In this document: piece after piece, positions 1 to 9,091 of the stretch
Layout of the letters: each line of letters begins with the position of its first letter
How positions within the stretch are numbered: the stretch's first letter is position 1
Origin: an uncultured bacterium
GTDB taxonomy: Bacteria > UBP4 > UBA4092
NCBI GenBank assembly: GCA_964644695.1
Contig: CAZXWN010000006.1
Coordinates: forward strand, 64,196 to 113,149
Reading direction: 5' to 3'
Length of the DNA: 48,954 nucleotides
Made by a program: the position numbers and the translations under genes
The notes under the pieces: model-generated
What the model saw: the letters and a program-made list of their open reading frames with translations, nothing else
Databases searched by the model: none
Told to the model about the DNA's origin: nothing

Positions 1-1055
1 GGGGTGGATGGTTGGATGAGAGTCAATCCACATCGAAAGTTCAAACCCTGGCTGATCAATACAACTTTAAGCTTGATGCGAAATCAAAGTTGGAATCTCT
101 CTCTGTAGGTGATGAACAAAGAGTGGAAATTCTTAAAGCACTCTTTAGGCAGGTAAACGTNNNNNNNNNNNNNNNNNNNNNNNNNNNNNNNNNNNNNNNN
201 NNNNNNNNNNNNNNNNNNNNNNNNNNNNNNNNNNNNNNNNNNNNNNNNNNNNNNNNNNNNCAATTCCATATTCAAAAAAAGCCAATTCAAAGGAAATCTG
301 TAGTACTGGATGTGGAAAACTTAACCATTCGTGAAAGCCTTCAAAAAGAATCCGTAAAAAAGATATCATTCCAAGTCCATGGTGGTGAGATTTTAGGTAT
401 CGCTGGTGTGGAAGGTAATGGACAGTCAGAATTAATAAAGGCTATTACGGGACTGGTAAATATTTACTCCGGCGATGTTCGTATAAACGACATTTCTGTA
501 AAGGGTAAAAATCCGGGACACGTGAGCCAGCTTGGTTTGGCACACATTCCAGAAGATCGATTGAAAAGGGGATTAGTCAGGGACTTTTCTCTTGAAGAAA
601 ACTTGATTCTTGGTAGACATACTAAATCCTTTTTTAAGGGATATTGGGGTTCTGACAAAGCGTTAATCTCCAGCGAAGCTACAATTCTTTTGGATAAATT
701 CGATATTCGGCCTGCAGATCCCAAGGCCCTTGCAGCAAATTTGTCTGGAGGTAATCAGCAAAAAGTAATTGTTGCCAGAGAGCTGGCAAAGAATCCCTGT
801 TGCCTGATTGCCGCACAGCCCACCCGAGGAGTAGATATCGGAGCTATTGAATTTATTCATCACCAAATTTTAAATGCTCGTGATGCGGGTATGGCTATAT
901 TACTTGTTTCAGCAGACTTGAATGAGATTATGGAATTATCTGACCGAATTGCTGTCTTGTACAATGGTGAGATCATGGGCATTTTAAATAGTGAAAACGC
1001 TACAGAAACCAACCTGGGGTTGCTCATGGCTGGAATCAGAGAGGGGGTTGCCTGA
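1..1055 (+). CDS. Nucleoside/sugar (CUT2) ABC transporter ATP-binding protein with two ABC domains; 5'-truncated and interrupted by an assembly gap
   Basis: LSVGDEQRVEILKAL signature of the first ABC domain; GIAGVEGNGQSEL, IPEDR, LSGGNQQKVIVAREL, AAQPTRGVDIGA typical of the NupA/YufO family; Ns at 161-260. Confidence 0.9.
   Translation, partial: GGWLDESQSTSKVQTLADQYNFKLDAKSKLESLSVGDEQRVEILKALFRQVNXXXXXXXXXXXXXXXXXXXXXXXXXXXXXXXXXXQFHIQKKPIQRKSVVLDVENLTIRESLQKESVKKISFQVHGGEILGIAGVEGNGQSELIKAITGLVNIYSGDVRINDISVKGKNPGHVSQLGLAHIPEDRLKRGLVRDFSLEENLILGRHTKSFFKGYWGSDKALISSEATILLDKFDIRPADPKALAANLSGGNQQKVIVARELAKNPCCLIAAQPTRGVDIGAIEFIHHQILNARDAGMAILLVSADLNEIMELSDRIAVLYNGEIMGILNSENATETNLGLLMAGIREGVA
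161..260. other. Assembly gap (100 N placeholder)
   Basis: Run of N; the Walker B/H-loop part of the first ABC domain is missing, so the true gap is probably larger than 100 nt. Confidence 0.98.
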
Positions 1056-1083
1056 TCCATCATCGATGGCAGGTAATCACTAG

Positions 1084-1578
1084 ATGATTATTGGTATTAT
1101 TCTTGAGTGGACCTCGAAGTTTATAGTTTTCCTCACTTCATATATTATTTCAAATCGAATCATTGCCGTTCCTATTGCACTGGGCTTGAAATTCCCTAAA
1201 TATATAGTACTTCCCATGGTCGTTATTTTTGATTTGCTTCAAGTACCCCTGTTTAATTTTATTTTTTCACGCAACACAAACAGTAAAGGATTGATTGGGA
1301 AGTTGATTTCATGGCTTCCATCAAAAGAGCGAGTTGAAAACAGTCGTTTAGGGAAGTTTTGTCAGCACTTGGGAGGTATGGGAATTGTATTGATATCTGC
1401 CGTTCCTGCTTTTGGCGGGGGGATATGGTCTGCTGTATTAATCGCACAGGTGCTGCACATTGATAACCGACGGAGTATGTTATTAATCGGTATCGGAAGT
1501 ATTCTTAGTACGTTGGCTGTCATGTATGGAACTCAAGCTCTTTATAATCTTTATTACCTGATATTACATTCAATATAA
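1084..1578 (+). CDS. Small membrane protein, COG2426 / putative small multidrug export family
   Basis: Hydrophobic 164 aa; IAVPIALGL and VLISAVPAFGGGIWSAVLIA resemble the family motif LFVAIPLPGTGAWTG. Confidence 0.6.
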   Translation: MIIGIILEWTSKFIVFLTSYIISNRIIAVPIALGLKFPKYIVLPMVVIFDLLQVPLFNFIFSRNTNSKGLIGKLISWLPSKERVENSRLGKFCQHLGGMGIVLISAVPAFGGGIWSAVLIAQVLHIDNRRSMLLIGIGSILSTLAVMYGTQALYNLYYLILHSI

Positions 1579-1595
1579 TTCAACAAGGTCTCTTG

Positions 1596-2657
1596 ATGAT
1601 TTCACGGAAATATACTGAAGTTGTAGTCGTTCCTCTCACGGCGATTAGCCTTGCCTTTCTGGCAGGAGCTTTATTTATATTGGCTATCGGCAAAAATCCT
1701 ATTGATGTGTATGGTGTCATGTTACAAGGTACCTTAGGCACAAGCTATGGTATAGGTCAGGTTCTTTTCAAATCAACGCCGCTTATCCTTACAGGGTTAT
1801 CAGTAGCCTTGGCATTTCATGCTGGCCTGTTTAATATTGGTGCAGAAGGTCAGCTAAACATGGGTGCCCTGGCAATGGGGCTTATGGGGTGGTGGATAAC
1901 CGCCACATGGCCTTCTCTGAGTTGGATTATCGTCATTCCTTTATGTCTTACCGCTGGTTTCATGGGGGGCGCTGTCTGGGGATTTATTCCCGGCTGGTTA
2001 AAAGCCCGGTTTGGAGTCCATGAGGTCATTAATACGATTATGCTGAATTTTATTTCATTAGGTATTGTGAATTATCTGGTGATGGAGCATTTCCATATTC
2101 CAGAAACAATTCATACTCCAGAAATTGGTCCGGCAGCCCATATCCCACGCTTTGATGCACTAATACCGTTATTCAGTGGTTCGCCGGTGAATGCCAGTCT
2201 TTTAATTGCGCTGGGTATTATAGTGCTTTCAGGTTATCTTTTGTTTCGTACTCGGTTAGGATATGAGATTCGCGCTCTTGGGTTTAATCCCCCGGCCGCC
2301 GAGTATGCAGGGATAAATATCAACCGTATTACATGGGTCTCGATGGCCTTGTCCGGCGGTATTGCAGGAATGGTGGGTATGAACTTTATTTTGGGATATA
2401 AATATTACTTTGAAGATGGATTCGCCGGTGGTGTGGGGTTCATGGGAATTGCGGTGGCACTTCTTGGTAAAAATCATCCAATAGGTATTGTGTTGGCAGC
2501 CCTTTTGTTTGGGATACTCAGTCAGGGGGGGCTTGCCATTAACACTCAAGTACCCAAAGATCTGGTTGAGATACTGGAAGCCATCATTATTCTGTTAATG
2601 GTGGTTATGACAGAAATATTCAGAAGACGATTCAGTCATCAGAAACAGATTAAATAA
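1596..2657 (+). CDS. Nucleoside/sugar ABC transporter permease (NupB/YufP-like)
   Basis: TPLILTGLSVALAFHAGLFNIGAEGQ, EVINTIMLNF, GYEIRALGFNPPAAEYAGIN, GFMGIAVALLG. Confidence 0.92.
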   Translation: MISRKYTEVVVVPLTAISLAFLAGALFILAIGKNPIDVYGVMLQGTLGTSYGIGQVLFKSTPLILTGLSVALAFHAGLFNIGAEGQLNMGALAMGLMGWWITATWPSLSWIIVIPLCLTAGFMGGAVWGFIPGWLKARFGVHEVINTIMLNFISLGIVNYLVMEHFHIPETIHTPEIGPAAHIPRFDALIPLFSGSPVNASLLIALGIIVLSGYLLFRTRLGYEIRALGFNPPAAEYAGININRITWVSMALSGGIAGMVGMNFILGYKYYFEDGFAGGVGFMGIAVALLGKNHPIGIVLAALLFGILSQGGLAINTQVPKDLVEILEAIIILLMVVMTEIFRRRFSHQKQIK

Positions 2658-3576
2658 CACCACGGTCCATTTCTGATATGCGGGAATAAGCCACACGCTT
2701 TTGTGTCTTCAGTGAGGGTGATTGACTGATCATGTCGCGCACCATCTTATCCAATTCTTTATAGGACGAATCTTTCTTTAAAATCTTTGCCTTATAGGAT
2801 TCCGCCATATCATGAACCAGGGGTTCATCTTTTGTTGTATAAAACAGGATAGGAGTGTTTATAAACTGCTCGAGTTTACGAATCGCTGAGCAAATCTGCA
2901 ATCCATTTATACGAGTCAACATAATATCTACAATCATCATGTCCGGCTCATAAGCCGTTATTTTACGAAGAGCATCGACTCCATCACTCGCAACCAACAA
3001 CTCATAATCCTTATCAAAGAGAGCCTTCATCAACCGAAGTACATCATCGTTATCATCCACAATCAATAGTCGTGGACGAGCGGGCTGTGCATTGGCGGAC
3101 TCTACTTCATTTTCCAGTGGACAAGAATAGGGTTCCATCCAATATCTTTTATCCTTGATTTGTTCAAGGGTCATTTTTTTGACTCGTGGTTTTCCCAAAG
3201 GAGCTAATTGCACTTCAATATTACGCAACAATCGTTCTGGAGAAATGGGTTTTGTCAGGTAATAGGTGGCCCCTTCACGGTATCCCGATTTATGATCATC
3301 CACGGTATCAAGAGCAGACAGCATAATAACCGGTAAACTGTTTCCGGCTATCTTTCGAATCGCCTGACACACATCATAGCCGCTCATACCGGGCATCATC
3401 ACGTCCAATAAAACCAGGTCTGGTTCACAATCCTGAAATTTCAGTAAGGCTTCCCTGGGGTCGTTGGAGGTGATAACCTCGTATTGGTCACCTAAAGTAG
3501 ATTTAACAAACAAGACAACATCCTGTTCATCGTCTACAGCCAAGATTCGGTATTTTGGAGATTGGTTATTTTCCAT
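2650..3576 (-). CDS. Response regulator with two tandem receiver domains and no output domain
   Basis: ILAVDDE...DLVLLDVMMPGMSG...YLTKP, then a second LLIVDDN...DMMIVDIMLTRING. Confidence 0.88.
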   Translation of the reverse strand: MENNQSPKYRILAVDDEQDVVLFVKSTLGDQYEVITSNDPREALLKFQDCEPDLVLLDVMMPGMSGYDVCQAIRKIAGNSLPVIMLSALDTVDDHKSGYREGATYYLTKPISPERLLRNIEVQLAPLGKPRVKKMTLEQIKDKRYWMEPYSCPLENEVESANAQPARPRLLIVDDNDDVLRLMKALFDKDYELLVASDGVDALRKITAYEPDMMIVDIMLTRINGLQICSAIRKLEQFINTPILFYTTKDEPLVHDMAESYKAKILKKDSSYKELDKMVRDMISQSPSLKTQKRVAYSRISEMDRGVI

Positions 3577-3661
3577 TTAAAACCATTCTTAATAAAAATA
3601 TACTGGCTAAAGTATCTTATAATCAGCGCTTATCGTCAATAGGATGAATAAATCACGTTAA

Positions 3662-5335
3662 TTACATTTTATCCGGACGAGATACTCCCATCAAGGTTAA
3701 ACCGTTCGCAAGGACTTGTTGGACAGAACGCATAAAGACCAATCGCGCTCTGGACAATTCTTTATCCTCACTGATGATACGGAAACAATTATAGTAACCA
3801 TGGAGACGCGTTGCTAAATCCATCAAATAACGGACTAACCGATGAGGTTCACAGGCCTGAGCCGCCTCACCAATGATTTGTGGATAGGATGCCATTACTT
3901 TGATAATTTCAGCTTCTTCAGGGGCAGATAATAAATTCAAATCTACCTGATCCCAGGTGGGCACATCAAACCCTTTAGATTGTGCCTGGGCAAAGATGCT
4001 GCAAACTCGGGCATGAGCATATTGCACATAGAACACTGGATTATCATTGGTTTGGTACTTGGCTACTTCCAGATCAAAATCCAGATGACTATCGGTTCCT
4101 CTCATCAGGAAGAAGAATCGGGCCGCATCAACTCCAATTTCTTGAACCAGGTCTTTCATGGTTTCTATTTTGCCTGCGCGTTTAGACATTTTGACTCGCT
4201 CACCATTACGCAGGAGATTGACCTGTTGAACAATCAATACATCAAAGGGTTCCTCATGGCCAACCGCTTTCAAAGCGGCCTTCATCCGAATCACATGTCC
4301 ATGATGATCAGGTCCCCATAAATCAATTACACTTTGGAACCCGCGTTCAAATTTATCGTGATGGTAAGCAATGTCATTTAAGAAATAGGTTGGATTCCCA
4401 TCGGATTTGATGAGGACTCTGTCTTCAGAATCGCCATATTCTGTTGTCTTCAGCCAGGTGGCGCCTTCTTTCTCATAGGTAAGCCCACGGTTCTTCAAGT
4501 GCGCCAGCATGGCAGCGGGTTTTCCATCCCGATGTAACCATGACTCCCTGAACCAGCAGTCAAATTGAACCCCAAAACTGTCTAAATCCGATTTCTGAGA
4601 TTCCAACATTTTTTCAAGACCCAGTTTGGAATATTCTTCCACCGGGTAATCAAGCGCTTCTTTAGGGTCTTTGGGGAACCAACCCGATTCCAGAGCCTGT
4701 TGTGCCAGAGTGATGACATACTCTCCCTGATACCCATTTTCCGGTATGGGACAATCCTGTCCCAGGGCCTGAAGATAACGGGCCTTCAGAGTCTCTCCAA
4801 ACAGTCGGGCTTGAACACCATAATCATTAACATAGAATTCACGGGCCACTTCATAGCCTGCGGTTTTTAGGATACTTGCCAGGGAATCGCCCACGGAGGC
4901 GGCGCGCGCCGAAACGACATTCAAAGGACCCGTAGGATTGGCGGATACAAATTCTATCTGGACTTTCTGGCCCTTCCCAAAATTACTCGTCCCATATTTT
5001 TCGCCCTGATCAAGGATAGCCTTAAGGGTATCAATCACGGTATCCATACTCAGGATAAAATTCAAATAACCATTCGGTGCGGCTTCAATCTTTCCCACAG
5101 CGGGAGCTAACGAACGGTCAAATTGGTCAATGCAAATCTGGGCAACCTGGACGGGGGCTTTCTTGAATACCTTCGCCAGGAGGAAGGGCATGTTTGTACA
5201 ATAATCCCCATGCTGACGGTTCCGGGGAATCTCAACATTAAACTTCACTTCCACATCGGCAGGGACTGTTCCTGCTGCCCGGAAATCGCTCAGGGCTTTA
5301 TCCAGCATAATACGAATCTGTTCTTTTATTTCCAT
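3662..5335 (-). CDS. argS: Arginine--tRNA ligase
   Basis: HGDYCTN, IEFVSANPTGPL, REFYVNDYG, DLWGPDHHGH, KMSKRAG, YVQYAHAR; C-terminal GVSRPDKM. Confidence 0.97.
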   Translation of the reverse strand: MEIKEQIRIMLDKALSDFRAAGTVPADVEVKFNVEIPRNRQHGDYCTNMPFLLAKVFKKAPVQVAQICIDQFDRSLAPAVGKIEAAPNGYLNFILSMDTVIDTLKAILDQGEKYGTSNFGKGQKVQIEFVSANPTGPLNVVSARAASVGDSLASILKTAGYEVAREFYVNDYGVQARLFGETLKARYLQALGQDCPIPENGYQGEYVITLAQQALESGWFPKDPKEALDYPVEEYSKLGLEKMLESQKSDLDSFGVQFDCWFRESWLHRDGKPAAMLAHLKNRGLTYEKEGATWLKTTEYGDSEDRVLIKSDGNPTYFLNDIAYHHDKFERGFQSVIDLWGPDHHGHVIRMKAALKAVGHEEPFDVLIVQQVNLLRNGERVKMSKRAGKIETMKDLVQEIGVDAARFFFLMRGTDSHLDFDLEVAKYQTNDNPVFYVQYAHARVCSIFAQAQSKGFDVPTWDQVDLNLLSAPEEAEIIKVMASYPQIIGEAAQACEPHRLVRYLMDLATRLHGYYNCFRIISEDKELSRARLVFMRSVQQVLANGLTLMGVSRPDKM

Positions 5336-5391
5336 GGGAATATCACCTCAAAATAAACCAATAATATGAATTATCTATTATACCCTGAGGA

Positions 5392-5428
5392 AGGAGTGTC
5401 CACCGAATGGGAACAATCGAAACACCCC
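5392..5428 (+). repeat. Short palindromic intergenic repeat, family C copy 1
   Basis: AGGAGTGTCCACCGAATGGGAACAATCGAAACACCCC aligns without gaps to the reverse complement of 11711-11748. Confidence 0.7.
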
Positions 5429-5464
5429 AATTATTTGGGGGAATGAGTCGATGATTACAAAGGA

Positions 5465-6742
5465 TTACTGTCCGGAACCACTCAGAATATCATCTAAGGA
5501 AGGTGTGGAGGGTTTTACATTAATGGGCCGGCCTTTATTGATGGAAAAATATTCTTTCACAGCACCGGCCATTTTGCTGGTTGCGTCATCCATAAATACC
5601 GGGTCTTTTAACAGCTGGGCTTCGGATGGATTTGTGACAAAAACCAGTTCTAACAACACCGAGGGAACCGTGCATTTAAGCACTGCAAACTGAGCATGTT
5701 TTACTCCACGGTTCTGAAGACTGCCTGTCTGTAATAATTTATTCAATATCAATCCTGCCGCCAGACTGGACTGGTTATTCAGAGCGACTAATCGTTCATC
5801 TTTCAATACTTCAGTTAAAGGGTCTGATGCAGAGGTGATAACCGCTTCATCCAGGTCTGCCGCATTTTCCAGGTTTGCCAGTCGTTGGGCTTCGGCATCT
5901 GAAGCAGCACCATATTTCATATAGTAGATTTCAGTCCCTCGAACACTGGTCATTGAGGCGGAACCTGGAGCATTCAAGTGAATACTGACAAATAAATCGG
6001 CATCCAGTTCCGTGGCGATATTTCGGCGGCGGCCCAGGGACACATAATAATCGCCGCCGTTATAATTTTTATCCCGGGTCAGAAAAGTCTTGATTCCGGG
6101 AATTCTATCCAGTTTTTCCTTCAGTTGAAGGGCAGCGGCCATGGTGACATGTTTTTCAATCAGACCATTCCCGCTGGCTCCGTGATGCCATCCCCCATGG
6201 CCTGGGTCGATGACAACAATTTTATTACTTTTTTTCAGCTCGGCGATTTGGGCTTTGCTTGGAAATTCAGAGCTGCGGGACACACCCGGTCTTTGGATTT
6301 CAATGACCGGGAAGTTACGATCCCGATTTTCAAGACTGACTTTATAATCCAAAACATCCGTAAATCGGACTGTAATATAACAACCACTGCCGATATTCTC
6401 GACCTCAATACGGGTGATAACTCCATCGTTTACAGGAATGACCCTGTCCCCATCACTGTCATTGGCATTACTGGATTTAACAACAAACCCTTTTTTATCC
6501 GGTAATGCGATGACATCATATTGAGCGCGACCCTGAAAATAGAAAGCAACCTGAGTGTTATCGTTACCACTCCATACCTTGATATTGCTGATTTTGGCAC
6601 TGACAGGGGCACTTGCTCTTGTGGTTTTCTTACGGGTGGCAGCGGAGGAGAGGGACATCATCCCAATGACAATTAATCCGATAAGACTGAATATATATAA
6701 TTTCCGTATGGAATGACTGCGGAATATTTTATTTAAAATCAT
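5465..6742 (-). CDS. N-acetylmuramoyl-L-alanine amidase (AmiC-like; AMIN-like N-terminal domain plus Amidase_3)
   Basis: Signal peptide; VVIDPGHGG, EKHVT, LFVSIHLN, autoinhibitory-helix-like ANLENAAD, PSVLLELVFVTN. Confidence 0.92.
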   Translation of the reverse strand: MILNKIFRSHSIRKLYIFSLIGLIVIGMMSLSSAATRKKTTRASAPVSAKISNIKVWSGNDNTQVAFYFQGRAQYDVIALPDKKGFVVKSSNANDSDGDRVIPVNDGVITRIEVENIGSGCYITVRFTDVLDYKVSLENRDRNFPVIEIQRPGVSRSSEFPSKAQIAELKKSNKIVVIDPGHGGWHHGASGNGLIEKHVTMAAALQLKEKLDRIPGIKTFLTRDKNYNGGDYYVSLGRRRNIATELDADLFVSIHLNAPGSASMTSVRGTEIYYMKYGAASDAEAQRLANLENAADLDEAVITSASDPLTEVLKDERLVALNNQSSLAAGLILNKLLQTGSLQNRGVKHAQFAVLKCTVPSVLLELVFVTNPSEAQLLKDPVFMDDATSKMAGAVKEYFSINKGRPINVKPSTPSLDDILSGSGQ

Positions 6743-6860
6743 CTGTTTGATCCTGTTACAAAAATTTAGGACACCTATACAAGAGTATCCAGTTATTTTG
6801 TTTAGAGTTTACATGAAGGAGAAGGATTTCTCAACTCTGGAAATGAAGGCAATTTATATA

Positions 6861-6963
6861 CAAAAGGAATCGCTCGGGTTATCTTTAGACGAGCTAGCCG
6901 ATGCAGGGGGAAAACGATAGGGGGATAACGCCGAGCGATTTAGTCTCCCTGGGGAGAGGGAGA
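6861..6963 (-). ncRNA. Candidate structured RNA / terminator in the 3' region of the sigma factor gene
   Basis: AATCGCTCGG-GTTATC (6868-6883) pairs with GATAAC-G-CCGAGCGATT (6924-6940); on the minus strand it is followed by CCTTTT; extra hairpin at 6944-6963. Confidence 0.4.
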
Positions 6964-6967
6964 AGCT

Positions 6968-7837
6968 TTATATGTCATTAGTCTTTTTTTCCGTGTCGAT
7001 GAATCCTTCTAAGTAAACTCGGACTGCCGGGCGGCGTAACTTATTCAACGCTTCTTTTTCAATTCGTCGAACGCCTTCCTGACTTAATCCTACTTTCTTG
7101 CTAATACACCTTAATGATATATCATCTCCATCAGAAAATCCATACCTCAATAATAAAATTTTTCGTTCTCTTTCAGTAAGGAAACTCAGGACTTTTTCAA
7201 TCTTTTCCTTCATTTGATCATCAAGGGCCACATCCCGGGGTGAATGGGATTCATGGTCTTCCAATATATTGGCGAGCTCCATGTTTTTATCATCGCCGAC
7301 AGGGCTTTCCAAAGATACTGGGGTCTCACGGCTTTCTTCCAGGCTCTTAATGGTTTTTACACTTAAATTCATCATCTTTGAAAGTTCATTTAAGTCAGGA
7401 TAGGCCCCGTGAGTAATATAATACTGGGCTCGTAAATACTCCATCTGGGCTAAAGCGCGGTGTTTTCTCACCGGGAGCCGGATTTGGCGGGCTTTTTTGG
7501 CGATGGCGCGCTGCATGGCCTGCCGGATCCAATAAGCGCCAAAGGTTGTAAAACGGAATCCCATGGTGGGATCAAATCTTTCGACCGCTTCAATCAACCC
7601 AATATTTCCTTCCTGGATTAGGTCAGAGAGAGACAGTCCCTGGTTAACGAAAGCTTTGGCCAATTTAACCACAAAGCGCAGATTGGCCTCAATGAAATGC
7701 TTCCGGGCTTCCTCACCTTTGGGGCCACCAGCTCGCATTTCCATGGAAAGGTTGACCTCTTCTTCGGCACTCAATAACGGTGTCCGATTTATCTCTACCA
7801 GATATGTGCTGAGGGTGTTGGTATCTTCCGGGTTCAT
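6968..7837 (-). CDS. Alternative sigma70-family sigma factor (RpoD/RpoS-like, lacks region 1.1)
   Basis: Region 1.2 YLVEINRTPLLSAEEE; region 2 ANLRFVV, DLIQEGNIGL; region 3 PVSLESPVG; region 4 LTERERKILLLRYG. Confidence 0.93.
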   Translation of the reverse strand: MNPEDTNTLSTYLVEINRTPLLSAEEEVNLSMEMRAGGPKGEEARKHFIEANLRFVVKLAKAFVNQGLSLSDLIQEGNIGLIEAVERFDPTMGFRFTTFGAYWIRQAMQRAIAKKARQIRLPVRKHRALAQMEYLRAQYYITHGAYPDLNELSKMMNLSVKTIKSLEESRETPVSLESPVGDDKNMELANILEDHESHSPRDVALDDQMKEKIEKVLSFLTERERKILLLRYGFSDGDDISLRCISKKVGLSQEGVRRIEKEALNKLRRPAVRVYLEGFIDTEKKTNDI

Positions 7838-7883
7838 GGGATCTGCTCCTTTTTAGCCTATCTATTAGTTCTGGATAGTTATT

Positions 7884-7899
7884 TGCAGGTCCCGTGCCA
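7884..7899 (-). promoter_or_regulatory. Sigma54 (-24/-12) promoter of the sigma factor gene
   Basis: Minus strand TGGCACG-GGAC-CTGCA versus consensus TGGCACG-N4-TTGCW; GG/GC spacing exact; about 46 nt upstream of the ATG, with AGGAG RBS. Confidence 0.8.
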
Positions 7900-7926
7900 A
7901 AGTGTAAATAATTCCTAATTATTATT

Positions 7927-7939
7927 TATTGCATTGATT
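7927..7939. promoter_or_regulatory. Possible IHF site upstream of the sigma54 promoter
   Basis: TATTGCATTGATT versus YAANNNNTTGATW (one mismatch) in an AT-rich tract. Confidence 0.35.
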
Positions 7940-7993
7940 TATATGAAGTTACATATTTACCAATCTCGTGTTTCGGGTGTATTTCTAAACATC

Positions 7994-8026
7994 AAAAAAT
8001 AAAGGTGAGAGAATATTCTCTCACCT
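7994..8026 (-). terminator. Intrinsic terminator after the D-cysteine desulfhydrase gene
   Basis: Perfect 24-bp palindrome AGGTGAGAGAATATTCTCTCACCT (8003-8026) followed on the minus strand by TTATTTTTT. Confidence 0.7.
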
Positions 8027-8056
8027 GTGCTGTTTAATTCCCAGTTGTAAGTATCT

Positions 8057-9091
8057 TTATTTGAGGTGGAATAGGTCTTCAAAGGCAAAAATGGCCGGGA
8101 CACCCCCGGTATGGATGAAGAGAACGGGTTCATCTGCCGCAATAGTCCCCTCTCGGGCCAAGTCCACCAGTCCCGCCATTGCTTTTCCGGTGTAAACGGG
8201 GTCAATCAGTATCCCTTCAGACAAGGCCAGCTTGTTGATCGCCTCCAGACCTTCAGGGGTTGGTTTTCCATAGCATTCGCCTACATATTGGTCATAGATA
8301 AATAAATCATCGGCATAATCAATGGGGTCAAGTCCCAGGACTGTTTCCCCCTCACGAATCACTTCCAATATCCTGTTATGGAAATATCCTGTTGTCCGGC
8401 TGACACTGATACCCAATACGCGAGTCTGGGGCATGAAAAGTTTACACGCTAATACAAGGCCGGCCATAGTACCACCGGAACCGAGGGCGGTGACAATGGT
8501 TTTGATTTCCAGGTTCTTTTCTTTGAGCTGTTGGGATAATTCCTGTATCATTGCGACATAACCCATACTGCCCAGGCCTGTCCCTCCACCAATGGGGATA
8601 TAGTAAGGTTTCTTCCCCTGTTTTCGTTGCGAGTCTAAATAATCATCAATATTTTTCTGGAGTTCAGCATCATTCATGTTGGGCATAAAATCCACTGAAG
8701 CACCCAGCATCGTATCCAGTAACAGATTCCCGGGTAATCCATTGGGTTTGTCTCCCAACAGCCAGAGATGACAATCAAAACCATACCGGCAGGCTGCTGC
8801 CGCTGTCATCCGGGCATGGTTGGATTGAACCCCTCCCAGAGTGAATAATACTTCCGCTTTTTTATCCAATGCGTCAGCGACCAGAAATTCAAGTTTACGG
8901 GCTTTGTTCCCACCCATGGCTAATCCCGTACAATCATCCCGTTTGATCCACAGATTAGATAAGCCATATAAAGAACCAAATCGGTCCATTTTTTCCAATG
9001 GAGTGGGGAGATGTGCCAACGAAATGCGGGGAATTTTGGCGAGAGCTTTTTGAGCCTGTTGTTGGCGGCGAGCCAATAATTTACTCAACAT
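8057..9091 (-). CDS. dcyD: D-cysteine desulfhydrase family PLP enzyme
   Basis: KRDDCTGLAMGGNKARKLEF, QSNHAR, DPVYTGKA and HTGG (ACC deaminases have DPVYEGK/HLGG). Confidence 0.85.
   Translation of the reverse strand: MLSKLLARRQQQAQKALAKIPRISLAHLPTPLEKMDRFGSLYGLSNLWIKRDDCTGLAMGGNKARKLEFLVADALDKKAEVLFTLGGVQSNHARMTAAAACRYGFDCHLWLLGDKPNGLPGNLLLDTMLGASVDFMPNMNDAELQKNIDDYLDSQRKQGKKPYYIPIGGGTGLGSMGYVAMIQELSQQLKEKNLEIKTIVTALGSGGTMAGLVLACKLFMPQTRVLGISVSRTTGYFHNRILEVIREGETVLGLDPIDYADDLFIYDQYVGECYGKPTPEGLEAINKLALSEGILIDPVYTGKAMAGLVDLAREGTIAADEPVLFIHTGGVPAIFAFEDLFHLK

Noticed and set aside
84-369. ORFs spanning the N-run
   Set aside because: Artefacts of the assembly gap
8057-9091. ACC deaminase assignment
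   Set aside because: Has Thr at both discriminating positions (DPVYT, HTGG) rather than Glu/Leu
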